A DNA stretch of 64,000 nt from a virus (Duplodnaviria > Caudoviricetes), in the IMG/VR virus record IMGVR_UViG_3300021400_000012, positions 1-64,000 of that record; one strand, written 5' to 3'. Position numbers and translations under genes: made by a program. The notes under the pieces were generated by a model that saw nothing but the letters and a program-made list of their open reading frames with translations, ran no database searches and had not been told where the DNA came from. Below are positions 20,301-33,696 of the stretch, in pieces (the stretch's first letter is position 1; every line of letters begins with the position of its first letter).

Positions 20301-23300
20301 TGCTTAGTGGGGCTTTTTAGGTTTTTGGAATTTCTGTAACAAAAACCATTCTTGGTATTCCTATTATAGGCTGGATTGCAGCTGTTATTACTGCGGTTAT
20401 TACATTAATAACTTTTTTAACTGATGCAATCGAGACTCCTGCAGAAGTAGCAGAAAATGCAAAAAAGGCTTTGGATGAAGCAACTGAAGCTGCCGAAAAA
20501 ACCACAAATAAATTAAATGAATTAATTGATGCATAGACGAAATTAGCTGAAACAAAAGATAAATTTGAAGGTTTAACTCGTGGCACGGAAGCTTGGAGTA
20601 AAGCTATCGAAGAAAATAATGCCTAGGTATTAGAACTTTTAAGCAATTATAAAGAACTTGAGGTAGTTAATAAAGATGGCATTTTAACAATTACTAATAT
20701 GGATAAAGCGATTGAAGCTTAGAATCAACGAAATCGTAGTGCTAGAGTTGGTGAGATTGGAGCTTAGATTAATTCTGTTGAAGCTTAGGTAGATTCTTAT
20801 GTTGAAACCGTTAGTAAAGAAATTGGTACTAACTTATCTCAATTTTTTGTAAGTAGAGTTTTAAGCGGTATCGCCAATCAAAGAATAACTAGCCTCGAAT
20901 AGATAGAGATTGAATATAATAAGGAACTTAAAAGAAATAATAATCAAGTTGAGGCAGTTGGACGTTTAGCTGATAATTTATCTTTTGAAGATTGGCAACG
21001 ATATGCACAATCAATTACTTCAATGTACCACGAAATTGATAATTTTGAGCGTGCTTTAGGTGCGGAAGCCTCATCGCTAGCAGATTTAACTGAAGAACAG
21101 TAGAAATATATAGGAACAGTTAGTAATTTAGACAAAACAATTGATAATTTAGATATTGCATTATTTCAAAGTTATAGTAGTGATCATAGTAAATGGACCT
21201 CTCAGCAAAACGTAGAATATGACGAGTGGGCAAAAATGCGGTATGGATCGACCGCAAAAACACTTGAGAACGGAGATGTTATTACAGATGATGGAACAGT
21301 TTTATTTGATACGGCACGATCAGAATTTCTTAATCAAAAAATAGTTAATGAGTTGACAAAAGAAATAGAAAAAACTACTTAGGGTTTAATATCGTTAAGT
21401 AAAGGTAATACATAGGCAAAAGCTGCCGCGCGAGCATTTGAAGAGGGTGGAACTCTTCTTAATCTTGCAGATCTGTAGGCTATTGTAGGAAGTGACGTAA
21501 ATCCGTTTGATTTGACTAGTACAGATGCTTTTAGGACTTATGCAGAACAAATTTATAACAAAAATGGTGGAGAAGCTTTAGGAAATAAAGAAGATTTTAT
21601 TCGTAATCTTTCAGAAGCATTTTTTACCGCTTTAACAAATTATCGAAATGCTGGTGTTTCAGATACATCGTCTCTTTCTGGCGTTTCCGCTTCTGTTATT
21701 GGGGCTTTTAATGATAAATTTGAAGACTATATTCAAAATATTCTAAGTTTTGATAACATTATTAATTCTAAACTAAATGACATGGGTATTACAGAAGCTG
21801 GAGATATTACCAAAATTTTAAATACCTTAACTGGAACCGATTTAAGCTCAAGACGAGATATAGAATCTGTTACTGGCATCTTAGAAACTATGGGTTTAGA
21901 CGTTGCTTCAGAAGAATGGAATAATTTTATAAACTTTATTATTGAACGTACTGGCGCGCTTGATGAAATTGATTTAACTCATTTTAAAGAAAATCTTGAT
22001 AGCATTAAAAAGACTATTAGTGACTTAAGAAGTGGCGAACATAATAATATTTTTACTGATGAGGAATATGCCGCAATTCGTCCTTATGTAAATGATGAAG
22101 ATTTTTAGGAAACTGCATATGGCGTAATATATGTCGGTGATGATTTTGAAAGTCTTGGTGATAAAATACAGTAGGCAATTAGTGATGGATTTGAGGAAAC
22201 TTCTCGAATCTTAGAAAACAAAATAAATTTAGTTGATGTCTATGAACAAGCAAGCTCGGAAGCGGTTAGACAGGCTAGAGTCTCTGCTAGAAATTTATAT
22301 GAGCAATTAGGATTAAGTTCGCGAGGTGTAAGTTTTGATTAGTTTTATACTAGTAGAGAAAATGAATATACTGCACGTGAAACTCTTAAAAATGTACTTC
22401 GAGCTTATGGAGAAGATATCAAATATCTTCAAATTCCTGGTCTTGTCGACCTTGCGAAAAATGGAGGAGTAGAAAATTTAAAATTAGAAGAGGTTGAAAA
22501 TTATTTAAAATTAATTCAAGCTGAAGTTGCAAAATAGACTGAAAATGAAAGTCAATAGGCTAGCCTTGAAATTAGTAAAAGAATTGAAGGTGGTATTCAA
22601 AAATTAATTGATCAGTGGCAAGGAAATAATTATGATACAACAGCATTCGCGCAGTTAATTGAATAGCTTGATTTACCCAAACAAATAGCCAATTCTTTAA
22701 CACAAGGTCTTCAAGATCTAAACGCTCAAGAAATTGGAAGTCGTTATAGAGCGGCAGAAGAATTAAAGATTAGAGAAAAAGAAGGCTTAAATTTAGATGA
22801 ATTGACTGCTTTTGCTAATGCGCTAGAAAATACGAAAGATCTTGCTATAGATACTTCTATCGCAGTTGCTGCAGCAAATACAAAATTAAATACTGGTTTA
22901 AAAAGTATTATTGATTCGTATGAAACTGTTAATGAATTAATTGAGAATGGGCCTTTAGGTAAAGATTAGCCATTAGTTTTTACTAATTCAGAAGAATTTA
23001 AAAAATTTGATACGCTTAAAAAAGATCTTTAGATAGCTTTAGATTTACATGGGGATTTAAGCGATAGTTTCTTTGAGTCCGCAGAAAATATGGAATTATT
23101 ACGTTAGGTGGCGAACGGTACGGTTGAAGAACAAGAAATTGCATTTGAAAAATTACAAAAAGCTGCGGCGTTTGATTTGGTTGCAAATGTTGATTTTGGA
23201 GAAGCTCAAGAGGAAGTAGATGGATTTTTAGATACTTTACGGAATCTTGAAATACCTGATTTAGAAGTTGGTGCCGTTCTTAAAGATGGACCTTTTCGCG

Positions 23301-25414
23301 CGGCATTAGATGGTCTGGCAAAAATAAGTAAAGAGGCTGCTCAGGCGATTGGTTCAGCGCTTGGCTTAAAGCAGAGTTATGTTAAGATTGGATCATAGGA
23401 TATTTATGTACCATCAGACCCCAATGAAAATGATATTGGAGGCGGCGCGAAAGAGTTAGGTCTTGAGATGGGGTTAAAGAAAGTATCAGCACCTATTTAT
23501 GAATTATAGTGGGTGTCTACCGGATCAGGGAAAACAGATTTTAGCGGATTAGATAAAAATCGTGACGATAATGGTTCTAAAACCTCCAAATCTGGGTCAG
23601 GTTCTTCTTCAAAGCCAAAGCAATGGAAAAATCCTTACGATGAACTTTACAACCTCCAAGAAAAAATCAACTCTGCGCTTCGTGAGCGCGAACGCCTTGA
23701 ACATCGCTATCAAGATATGTTAAAAGACCATACAAAAGTTGCTCAGGATCTCACAAAAAATTCTTATGAAGAAATTGCTTCACTTAAAAAGCAATTAGCG
23801 CTTCAAAATCAGATGTTATCTGGTCGTTAGAAGCAAATGAAAAAGGTTTTAAGCGAAACCTACGAAGATAGTGAAGGAAATCGTCGTACTTATTCTTCTA
23901 TGGGCGTTCAAAAATATGGATGGTATGAAGCTAAAACTCAAACAGTTCATATTGAATGGGATAAAATCAATTAGGTAACGGATGAAAATCTTGGCGGTGC
24001 TATTGAAGCTTATATTTCTCGATTAGAAGAGATTCGAGATAAAATTCAAGATACTGAAGATGCAATTGAAGATGCAAAAGATTAGCTTTTAGAAATCGTC
24101 GAACGCGGTAAAGAAGAGTATATTGATTTTGAACAACAAATTTATGACGCTCTTATTAATCAACAATAGAAAAACATTGAAACTCTTGAGAACATTAATT
24201 CTTCTATAAAAGAAGCTGCGGATAAAACAATTAATGCCATTCAAGACGAAATTGAAAAAGAACGTCAGGCGCGCGAAAACGAAAAAGCACAAGAAGATAT
24301 TTATGACAAAGAAATGCGTCTTGCATATCTGCAGCGTGATACTTCTGGCGCGAACGCATTAGAAATTCAAAAACTGCAAGAAGAAATTCAAAATGATCAA
24401 TTGTCTTATCAAGACAAAATAATTGATCAAACGATTCAAGAAATGCAAGACGAAGCTGCTCGCGCAGAAGAACAACGTCAAGCTGAAATTGATTTGTTAA
24501 ATGCGTAGTTGGAATGGGATCAGGAGCATGGATTCTACTGGAGCCAAGTTGAAGCTTTAATTCAAAGCGGCATGAACTCTGATGGTAGTTTAAAACTTGA
24601 TAGTGAACTTGATTAGTTATTAAAAGATACTGAAGGGCCACTTAGTAAGTTTGGTGATATTAAATGGAAATAGGATTTGGCTCGTTAGATTGCTTCTGCT
24701 ATGCAAGGTCGCGCTAATTGGGAAATGAGTGTTGCAAAAGAAGCTGGTGAAATGACTTTAGCTAATGGAACTAAACTTTCATATAATGCTAAAAATGATA
24801 AGTGGTATGATAGTAAAGGTAAAGAATATACAAACTTTAATTGGAATTCTGAAGCGGATGCTTTTACAGCATCAAAAGTAAAAACATCTAGTACATCTTC
24901 AACCACGTCTACATCATCTAGCAAGTCTGCTTCTTCATCTGATTCTTCAGTTAAGGCTTATACTGTTAGAGATGGAGATAGTTTATGGACGATTGCGGCT
25001 CGTGAATATGGCGATGGCAACAAAGCTTATGATATTGCTCGTTATAATAATATTGGTAATGCTGATATGATTTATACAGGTCAAGTCCTTAAGCTTCCGA
25101 AAAAATTTGCGAAAGGTGGTCTTGCTGATTTTACTGGTCCTGCTTGGCTAGATGGTTCAAAGTCACATCCAGAAATGGTATTAAATGCGGCCGACACACA
25201 AAATCTTATCACGCTTAAGAATGTATTAGCTGCAATTCTTCAAAATGATACCAACGCCGCGAAGAACAGTAGTGGTAATAACTATTTTGATATTAACATT
25301 CAAGCAGATATTGATTCTGATTATGATGTTGATAGACTTGCGGATCGTATTAAAAAACAAATTTATGACGATGCTTCATATAGAAACGTGAACGCCATTA
25401 GTTATATTAGATAA
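17336..25414 (+). CDS. Tape measure protein with C-terminal LysM domain (~2692 aa, code 15)
   Basis: All track fragments from 18659 to 24701 share one frame and are split by TAG. TP901-type core (RESAETAGTALKT). YTVRDGDSLWTIA...IYTGQVLKLP LysM. Confidence 0.88.
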
Positions 25415-25427
25415 TTTAAAATCGGTG

Positions 25428-25449
25428 TGGGGCCTCTTTTGAGGCCCCA
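25428..25449 (+). terminator. Hairpin after the tape measure gene
   Basis: TGGGGCCTC-TTTT-GAGGCCCCA; no T-tract. Confidence 0.45.
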
Positions 25450-25512
25450 AGATCGCCGAGATTTCTATTAATTTTTCTACTCTATTTTAGAGATTAAAGG
25501 AGAAAAAGGATA

Positions 25513-26463
25513 ATGGGTTATTATGGAGATTTCATGGGGTTCCAATTTGGTGAATATCATAGTCATGATCTTGGGTTGGTAAGAGTTAGTGATGGAAGCC
25601 GGTATATAGACCCATCAATTCCTAATTTTACCGATACCACTACTAAGATACCTGGCGGCGATGGCACCTATTATTGGGACTCTTTTTATTCATAGAGAAA
25701 TTTTAACATTTAGTGTGCATTTGATAATTTAACTGAAACATAGATTAGAAAAATACGTTAGGTTTTTAACGCTAAAGCTGAAGGTTGGCTTATTTTTGAT
25801 GAAACACCTTTTAAAAAATATCGAGTTAAAATGTCGTCTCCTCCGCAATTGAAATATGTTGCTTTTGGAGAAAGTCCAACAAATCGTATTTATAAGGGCG
25901 AGTTAGATTTATTATTTGTGAGTTATACACCTTATGCCCTTAATACTTTTAAATATTTAGATCAAGCTACTTATATTAATGCGGCTGGAAACACGACTAA
26001 TTACCCCAATAAAAATGAGTGGCAAGATTCTGTTTAGCTTGTTAATTCTAATAATTCTTATATTTCTAAAACAGCTACCAATACGTTTTATGTATATAAT
26101 CCTGGAGATGTAGCAACTGATAATTTAATTACTTTTTCTGCGCCGCCATCTGCCGCGACCATGACTATCAATTATGTACGACAGGGTGGATCTACTAATT
26201 ATTTAGGACAATTAGTATTAGATGGAATTGTTAAGGCTGGATCTGACTCTAGTATTGTGGTTGATTCTGCCAAGAATTTAATTTATGGATTGGATTCTTC
26301 TGGCGCGCAAACTGGTAATTTATATAATAAATATGTCACAGCAGGGGACTTCTTTAAAATTGCTGTATCATCTGTATAGCCGCCAACTAGTCGAAGTGTA
26401 TTAGATTATGTACAGTGCGCGACGAGATCAATTACTGTTGATTATAACTATTTATACTATTAA
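25513..26463 (+). CDS. Distal tail protein (Dit) (316 aa, code 15)
   Basis: GFQFGEYHS...IPGGDG...LIFDETP...YNPGD motifs; directly after the tape measure gene. Confidence 0.75.
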
Positions 26464-26474
26464 TGGAGATTTAA

Positions 26475-29400
26475 ATGGCTAAGGATAAATATGAAATCTC
26501 ATTATGGGATGATATATTCGTTTCTGCAAGTGGCACTATTCCTGGCCATTATGAGGAACAAAGAATTGCCATCATCGGATCGGATTCAATGACGGCATAG
26601 TGCCGCGCGATCGAACCAAAATTTGTATAGAACATTAATGGTAAAAACACTTTAACCTTTAAAATGTTTTATACTTATCACGATGAATTAACTGGCGAAA
26701 ATTATTAGAATCCATTTTTAAATTTATTGGTTAACGAAAGAAAAGTTAAGGTTAATTGGTATGGTAATTGGTATGATTTGATTATAAAAAATATTCAAGA
26801 ATCATCTAATGGAAAATCGGTCGTTTATACTTGTGAAGATGCTAACATAAATGAATTGGCTAAATCGGGTTTTGAAATTGAATTTGATGATGAGTTAAAC
26901 GACGAAGAATTCACAAATTAGGGAACTGCGCAGGAACTTGTTGCGGCTACCTTAAGTGGCACAGATTGGGCGTTAGATGAAGACAGTTCAGATACCATTT
27001 AGCAAACAAATGAAGAGCCAACCTTTGAATTTGTTTTAACTGCTGCACTGTCACCTGTTACTGATTAGACAACGGAACAAACTGGAGTGACTATACCTAG
27101 TGGTGCTACTATTTTAGTATATTATTCACAACTATAGACCTTATATGATGGAGATGTAAATAGAGTTGATCTTCCAAAATTATAGTTTGCTTATGCGGCG
27201 GAATATAGTCGGGAAGTAAATAGTGAATTAGTTGTTAACGCACATTGTTATGAATTTGCTAATAATAGTACCTATTGTGAAAAAATTAATTCACAATTAA
27301 ACTTACATATTGGCAGTATGATATTGACTTGCGGCGCCGTTTCAGATCGTTATCGCGCGAAAAGACTGATAGAATCCATCAAAATGGTAAAGGATAGCTT
27401 AACAGGAAAAACTTGTTATGTTTATAAAGCTTTATCGAATGGTAGCGGCGATTATGCTGGAAAAATTTCTGCTAATGATATTATTTATAAATATGTTGGT
27501 TCTGATTTTGGTACAGCAAATTATATAACCAATATTGTTGCAAATTCAAACAATTTTCTATCTACTGATGGTTGGAACGGTGATGATACACATTTGGTTG
27601 GATTTACAATTTATCCAATTTCTAATAATGCTTTACCAGAACATTCTTATATCACCATTCCCGCGCAATCAAATGCATATGTTCCTTATTATAATGATGG
27701 GATGCGTGCTAATTCACAGTATTTTTCATAGGGTGTGGTTTAGGGCGAACAATATGTAGTAAGAATTAAAGCTAAAACTGATTTAAGTTCTGCTAATTAT
27801 GCTCAATTAGGAAACAATTTAAAAATTAACCCAGAGATTAGATAGTGGTATTTTCCTGAATCAAGTAATTATCGACAGCCATTAAACAATGGTATTGTTT
27901 ATTTTTCTGCAGCAAGTAGTTCCGGTACTTTTGTTGATGATTGGATAGAATTTACATTTGAATGTAAGAATTCTTTTAGTGGAGCAGATATTTATAGTAA
28001 ACGAATTGGCTTTTTCTTAAATATCTAGACAGCAACACAGTTGTATATAGAAGAAGTTCAACTATTTAAATATATTACAGATAAAAATAATACTCGTATT
28101 AATCCAGGTGAATTTGATAAAGAAGGAATTGTAAAAACAGTTTATACTTATTACAATTTTACTAAAGCTAGCGCCGCTCTTGATGGCGCGAATAACTTAA
28201 CTGAATATGAATTATATAAAGGCACTAGTGATTGGAACGGAAATATTGGTAGTTCCACTATTGAGCCTGTTAAAAATGAAAATTTCGTAAAAATTCGTTC
28301 AATTTCAGTTAAGAATTCTAATCGATTTAATATTTTATAGTCTATTGCTGAAACATTTTAGTGTTGGATAAAATTTATTGTGCCGCACAATGAGGAAACA
28401 GGACAATTAATTTATGTAAACGGAGTTCCAACTAAAAAGGTTAGAATTTTAAGTTCGATTGGAGTAGAGCGCAATATTGGGTTTGTTTATGGAATTGACT
28501 TACAAACAATTTAGCGCACCATTGAATCTAATTCAATTGTGACAAAAACTATTGTTAAGGCTAATAGCAATCAATATGCGGAAAATGGTACTTGCCGTAT
28601 TTCACGTAGTGAATTTAATATTCCACGTACAGATTTTATCTATAATTTTGATTATTATATAAATCATAGTTTATTAGATGGAACTGAGCTTAATAAAGAC
28701 TTATACTTAAAAACCATAGCTGATGAGGCAGCCGCGAGTGTATTACCGGAAGGGTATTACTATTGGATGAATAAATGGAATTTAGAGTATGAAAGTCTTG
28801 CTCTTTTAATTGCAAAATATCAGATTACAGTATTAGAAAGTGAGGCTCGATTAAAAGCATTTTCTACCGCTGTTGATGCCGCGAATGATACTGTTATTAA
28901 TTATTAGCGTTAGATTTGTAATTTAGCAAAATTATCAGATAGACCATATACTGATGATGAAGTAAAGAAGTGGATTAATAACCATAAAGATGAAGCTTAG
29001 GTACAACCAATTCTGGCCGCGATCGTAAGCTAGACTAATTTAAGAGATTAGTATTTAGCATCAAGTTAGGCTTTAACAAATTCAATTAGTAGTTATAGTT
29101 CTGAAATTAATAATTTTAATGAACGAAAGAGCGAATTAGAGCATTATATAAAAACAAAATCTACTGCTTTTTATAAGAAATATGCTCGTTTTATATCAGA
29201 AGGCTCATGGATTGATGAAAAATATTCTGATGATAATTTATATTTCTTGGATGCAACTTCAGTAGCTTATACTTCTTCTCGTCCGAAAGTAACTTATAAT
29301 ATTTCTGTTTTAAGACTTACTGGACTTGAAGGATATGGACTAAAAGATTTCGCACTTGGAGACATCGCATTTGTACAAGATACTGAATTTTTTGGATATA

Positions 29401-30839
29401 CTTATCCAATTATTAATAATGTTCAAATTAAAACTCCATACAAAGAATAGGTCTTAATTTCTGAAATTACTTATAATTTTGATGATCCATCTAAAGATAG
29501 TTTTAAAGTCCAAAATTATAAAACATAGTTTGAAGATTTGTTTCAGCGTATCGCCGCGACTACCCAAAATTTACAATATGCTAATGGGTCTTATGAAAAA
29601 GCAGCTGGAATCGTAGAAACTGATGGTACTATTAATGCAGAAACGTTAACTGCCTCAATCGCGGTAAATGCGAATGTATTAAATCATACTTCTCTTAACT
29701 AGTCTGTTATAACCGATGAATAGGGTGTAACAGTTACTGATTTAACCGATCCAGCAAGAGTAGTACGCATCACTGCAGGTGGTGTTTTTATTTCAACTGA
29801 TGGTGGTAATACATGGAAGAACGCAGTCCGTGGGGAAGGTGTAGCAACTTAGTATTTAACTGCAGGATCTATTAATACTTCTATTATTTAGATTATGGAT
29901 GGAGAGTATTCTGCTTTTAGATGGGATATGCATGGTATTAGTGCATATGATGCGGCTTATGATAGTTCTACTCCACCGCGCGCGATTGGTTATAATCTTG
30001 GTAAGTTTGTAAGATTTGATCATTTTGGTATATATGGTATCGATTAGCAATTGGCTAGCGAATATAGTCCATTAAATGAAGACTAGATTTGGGATGACGC
30101 TAAATTTGGTTTAACCTGGGACGGATTTTTTGTTAAAAATAAATATAGTAATCATTACGTTGAAGTTTCTAGCAAAAATGATATTGCAGTTGTCGATACT
30201 TCTGGAGCATAGTCAATTGATCGTGTAAAAATTGGTAAGCTTGATGATAATTCATTTGGTATTCAGTTAAAAGATTCTGCAGGCTCTAGCGTGATGCGTA
30301 CTGACTCAACTGGTTAGTTATGGCTTGATAATGCACTTTATGTGTCACGCAGCAATTCAAATTATGATGTTGCTATAGGTGCTTTACCTTCAGATTCTTA
30401 TGCCGTCAATAGCGCGGGCGCAAAATAGGTTATTAATTCAACTGATAAATTTATTGTATATGAAGATGGTTCTATGCGCGCGACCGATGCATATTTTGAG
30501 GGCACTGGTTCATTTACTGGTGCGATTTATGCAACTTCTGGAAAAATTGGTAATTTAGAAATTGGTGACATAGAAACCTCTGTTTATTAGGTAAGAATTG
30601 AAAGTAATAGCGGCACGATTTTTAGACCTGAGTCTTCTGACAAAATTTTAACGGCTAAGCTTTATAAAGGTAATAGTGAAGTTACTAATGGAACAAAAAC
30701 ATATCAATGGCTTTTAGACGGATATTCAATTACTGGTGCAACAAGTGCAACTTATACTGTAATGAAAAGTACGTTTGGTGACAATGCAGTACATACTTAT
30801 GATTGTGTAATTACATATACGCCACCAACTGGAGGTTAA
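26475..30839 (+). CDS. Baseplate hub/Tal-like tail-tip protein (1454 aa, code 15)
   Basis: Track fragments from 26727 to 29247 share one frame; SNRFNIL and NYKTQFEDLFQRI segments; follows Dit. Confidence 0.7.
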
Positions 30840-30840
30840 A

Positions 30841-33666
30841 ATGGCAGAGAATTATAAAGGTTCAATCACTTTAGCTTCTGTCGAAAATGGGTAGGATGGC
30901 GCGCCCGGTGCTCCTGGCGCGCCAGGAGCAGCTGGGGTTGGAATTGATACTACAGCAACTGTTATAAAGTACGCGGTAAGTGATAATAATACGGCTCCGC
31001 CATCGAGCGGCTGGAATACATCTTGGCCATCTAATATACCATAGGGGTCTTATTTGTGGACTTGGACACATTTGGTGTATACTGATAGTACTTCTTCAGA
31101 TGATTATACAGTCGCTTACCAAGGTGAGGATGGCTCAGAAAAACTTATTATCGAATCTTCTGATGAAAAGATTTATAAATTTTATACTTCTTAGGGTAAT
31201 AAACAATATAGTCCTGAAGAAATTACATTATGGGTCCATAATACTGGTACAAGTGATTTATTAGTACCGGGGACGGATTATGATCATGAGTTAGGATTAA
31301 TTGGTACTGATGTTAATGATTATAAAAATTTATGGAACTTTTTTAATCGCCTATATGGTAATGTAGGTACTGATGCAGAAGGTCATCAAACTGGTCGCGT
31401 TTTAGAATTAGTTCGTGAAATTTCTAATAACCAAATAAAATTTAAAATAGATGTTTTAAGTGAATTAGTGTTAGAAATAGGAACTGGAAAAACATCCACG
31501 GCGGATGCTCAATTATTTGAAAATTTACGGAGCATTTTATATAATAATAATTATTATCTTAACTTTCGAGTATACACTCATTCGAGCAATATTCCGCCAG
31601 TAGCTTCGGATTTATTGATACAGAAGCCTATTGGAGTAGAATTTGGTACTTCTGATGATATGGCTTAGTTTGGTTTAACTGCCGCAAGTATCAATATGCT
31701 TGTGCGAGATAGTAAATTAACTTTTGACGCAGAAGGACTACATATTGAAAATGGAGCTTTCGATATAACAGATGTAGGCTATCATTCTAGCTATCCTACC
31801 GTAGAAGAATTTAATAATAGTAAAACTGATTATTATATCTACAACGAAGGCTCTGATACCTACACCCAATGTACCAATAGCACTATTTATGATGCGAATA
31901 CTTAGTATTATACTTATGGCTCTTTAGAATTATTAGCTTATGATCCGACACTTCAAACTTTACGAGTTAATGGCAGTGGTAGTTTTACTGGAAGAATTGA
32001 AGCAACAGATGGTTATTTTAGCGGTGAATTAAGAGGTGCTTCTGGCACTTTTGAAGGGTCTATTTAGGCCAATAGTGGTGAAATTGGCGGCTGGGTTATT
32101 AAAGAAAATGGATTATATTCAACCGCAACAGATGAAAATGAATCATCATTATTAGAACTACTTGGTGCTGAAGGCATTATTAATGCTTAGACCATTAATC
32201 TTGGTACTGGCGCGCATATTAATAATTATATATAGCTTGGAAATAATGCTATTTTATATAATCCTGACAACGCTAATGGAAGAGTTTTAAGTTCTGGTGA
32301 TATTTTATTATTGAATAATGGACAACTTTAGTTAGGTGATCTTTTATTAGACGGCGCGCAATCAACGATAAATGGTAATAATTGGTCAATTGACCCCGAA
32401 TTTGCTAGGTTTAAAAATGTTGACATATCAGGAAAAATTTCTTCTGCTGTTTTTGAAACGACTTCCGTTTCTGCCGTCGGTGGAATTATGCTTTTTAAAA
32501 CTTCTTATAAAGTAGAAAGTTTTAATAATACAACTATAATTTTAGACACTAAATATAATGGAATTGTTGGTGATAAGGTTTATTTAACTAATGCAAATGG
32601 AAAATTATCTTCGTTATTATCGATTACAGCTATTAACGAAAAGCAAGTGACTTTAAATAGTCAACCTTTTTCTAATGAAACAAATGTTTAGCTTACTAGT
32701 TTAATTCAAATTGGAAAGGAAATAGATGGATAGCCTCCAATTGTAATTGGTGTCAACTCTACTGATACGGATACAGGTTTTTTAAAACACCAGGGTATTA
32801 CTGTTGCAGAAGTTTATGATAATGGCACTAGTACCATTAAAACTTTCTTAGGAAACCTTGCGGCTTTAAATATTAATAATGTAAATGGCTATGGTTTATA
32901 TGGATCAAACGTTTACTTAACTGGATCATTAACCACTTAGGTACAAAGTACCAATAATCCATCTTATGCTGGTATTAATACATTAAATGGAGCTTCAGCA
33001 GTTAAATTCGGAAGCGAAGATAATTCAAAAATTGTATTTTGGGCTGGCTCTGAGGGTATTAATAATGACTAGATTGCGGCGGCGCCATTCTAGGTCACTG
33101 AATAGGGCTCATCGTATGCATCACGAGGTATATTTGAGGGATCCATTATTTCGCGGTCTATAATTGAAGGTTCTGTTATTAGAACGGCTCGTATTGAAGG
33201 CACTGGCGCCAACCCCGCTTTAAAAATATTAGATGCTTTAAATGGCATTGGATTTTATACTATAGAATCCAACGAAGATAAGGAAATATTTACAATTGGC
33301 ACAGAAGGTTTTCGTGCTGGAGAGAATCATTTTATTACTATTTCTTCAAATGGCCAAGTTAATTTTAATGGCAATAATATAGCAATTAACAGTTTATAGA
33401 CTAAAAATACTAGTGGAATTTCACTAAATATTTCTTAGAACATAATTCAAAGTGAATATGGTAATAATAATATGCCGAGTATAACTTTTTCATCAGAAGG
33501 TATTGATTGGAAAATTCAAAGTAATATAAATAGATTTTCTGTTACAGAAAACTTAACAACATTAAATACAGATGTTGTTACTATGAAAAAAGATGTTGTG
33601 TATGGTTAGAACATAATGAAATATGAGGCGGTTGAAAATGGATATAATTTGTATGTTTTAGAATAA
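30841..33666 (+). CDS. Tail fibre/baseplate protein with short collagen-like repeat (941 aa, code 15)
   Basis: GGAGG RBS; GQDGAPGAPGAPGAAG; G-x-F-x-G repeats. Confidence 0.65.
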
Positions 33667-33696
33667 TTTTCAATCGTTCTATGGGAGGTTTAGATA

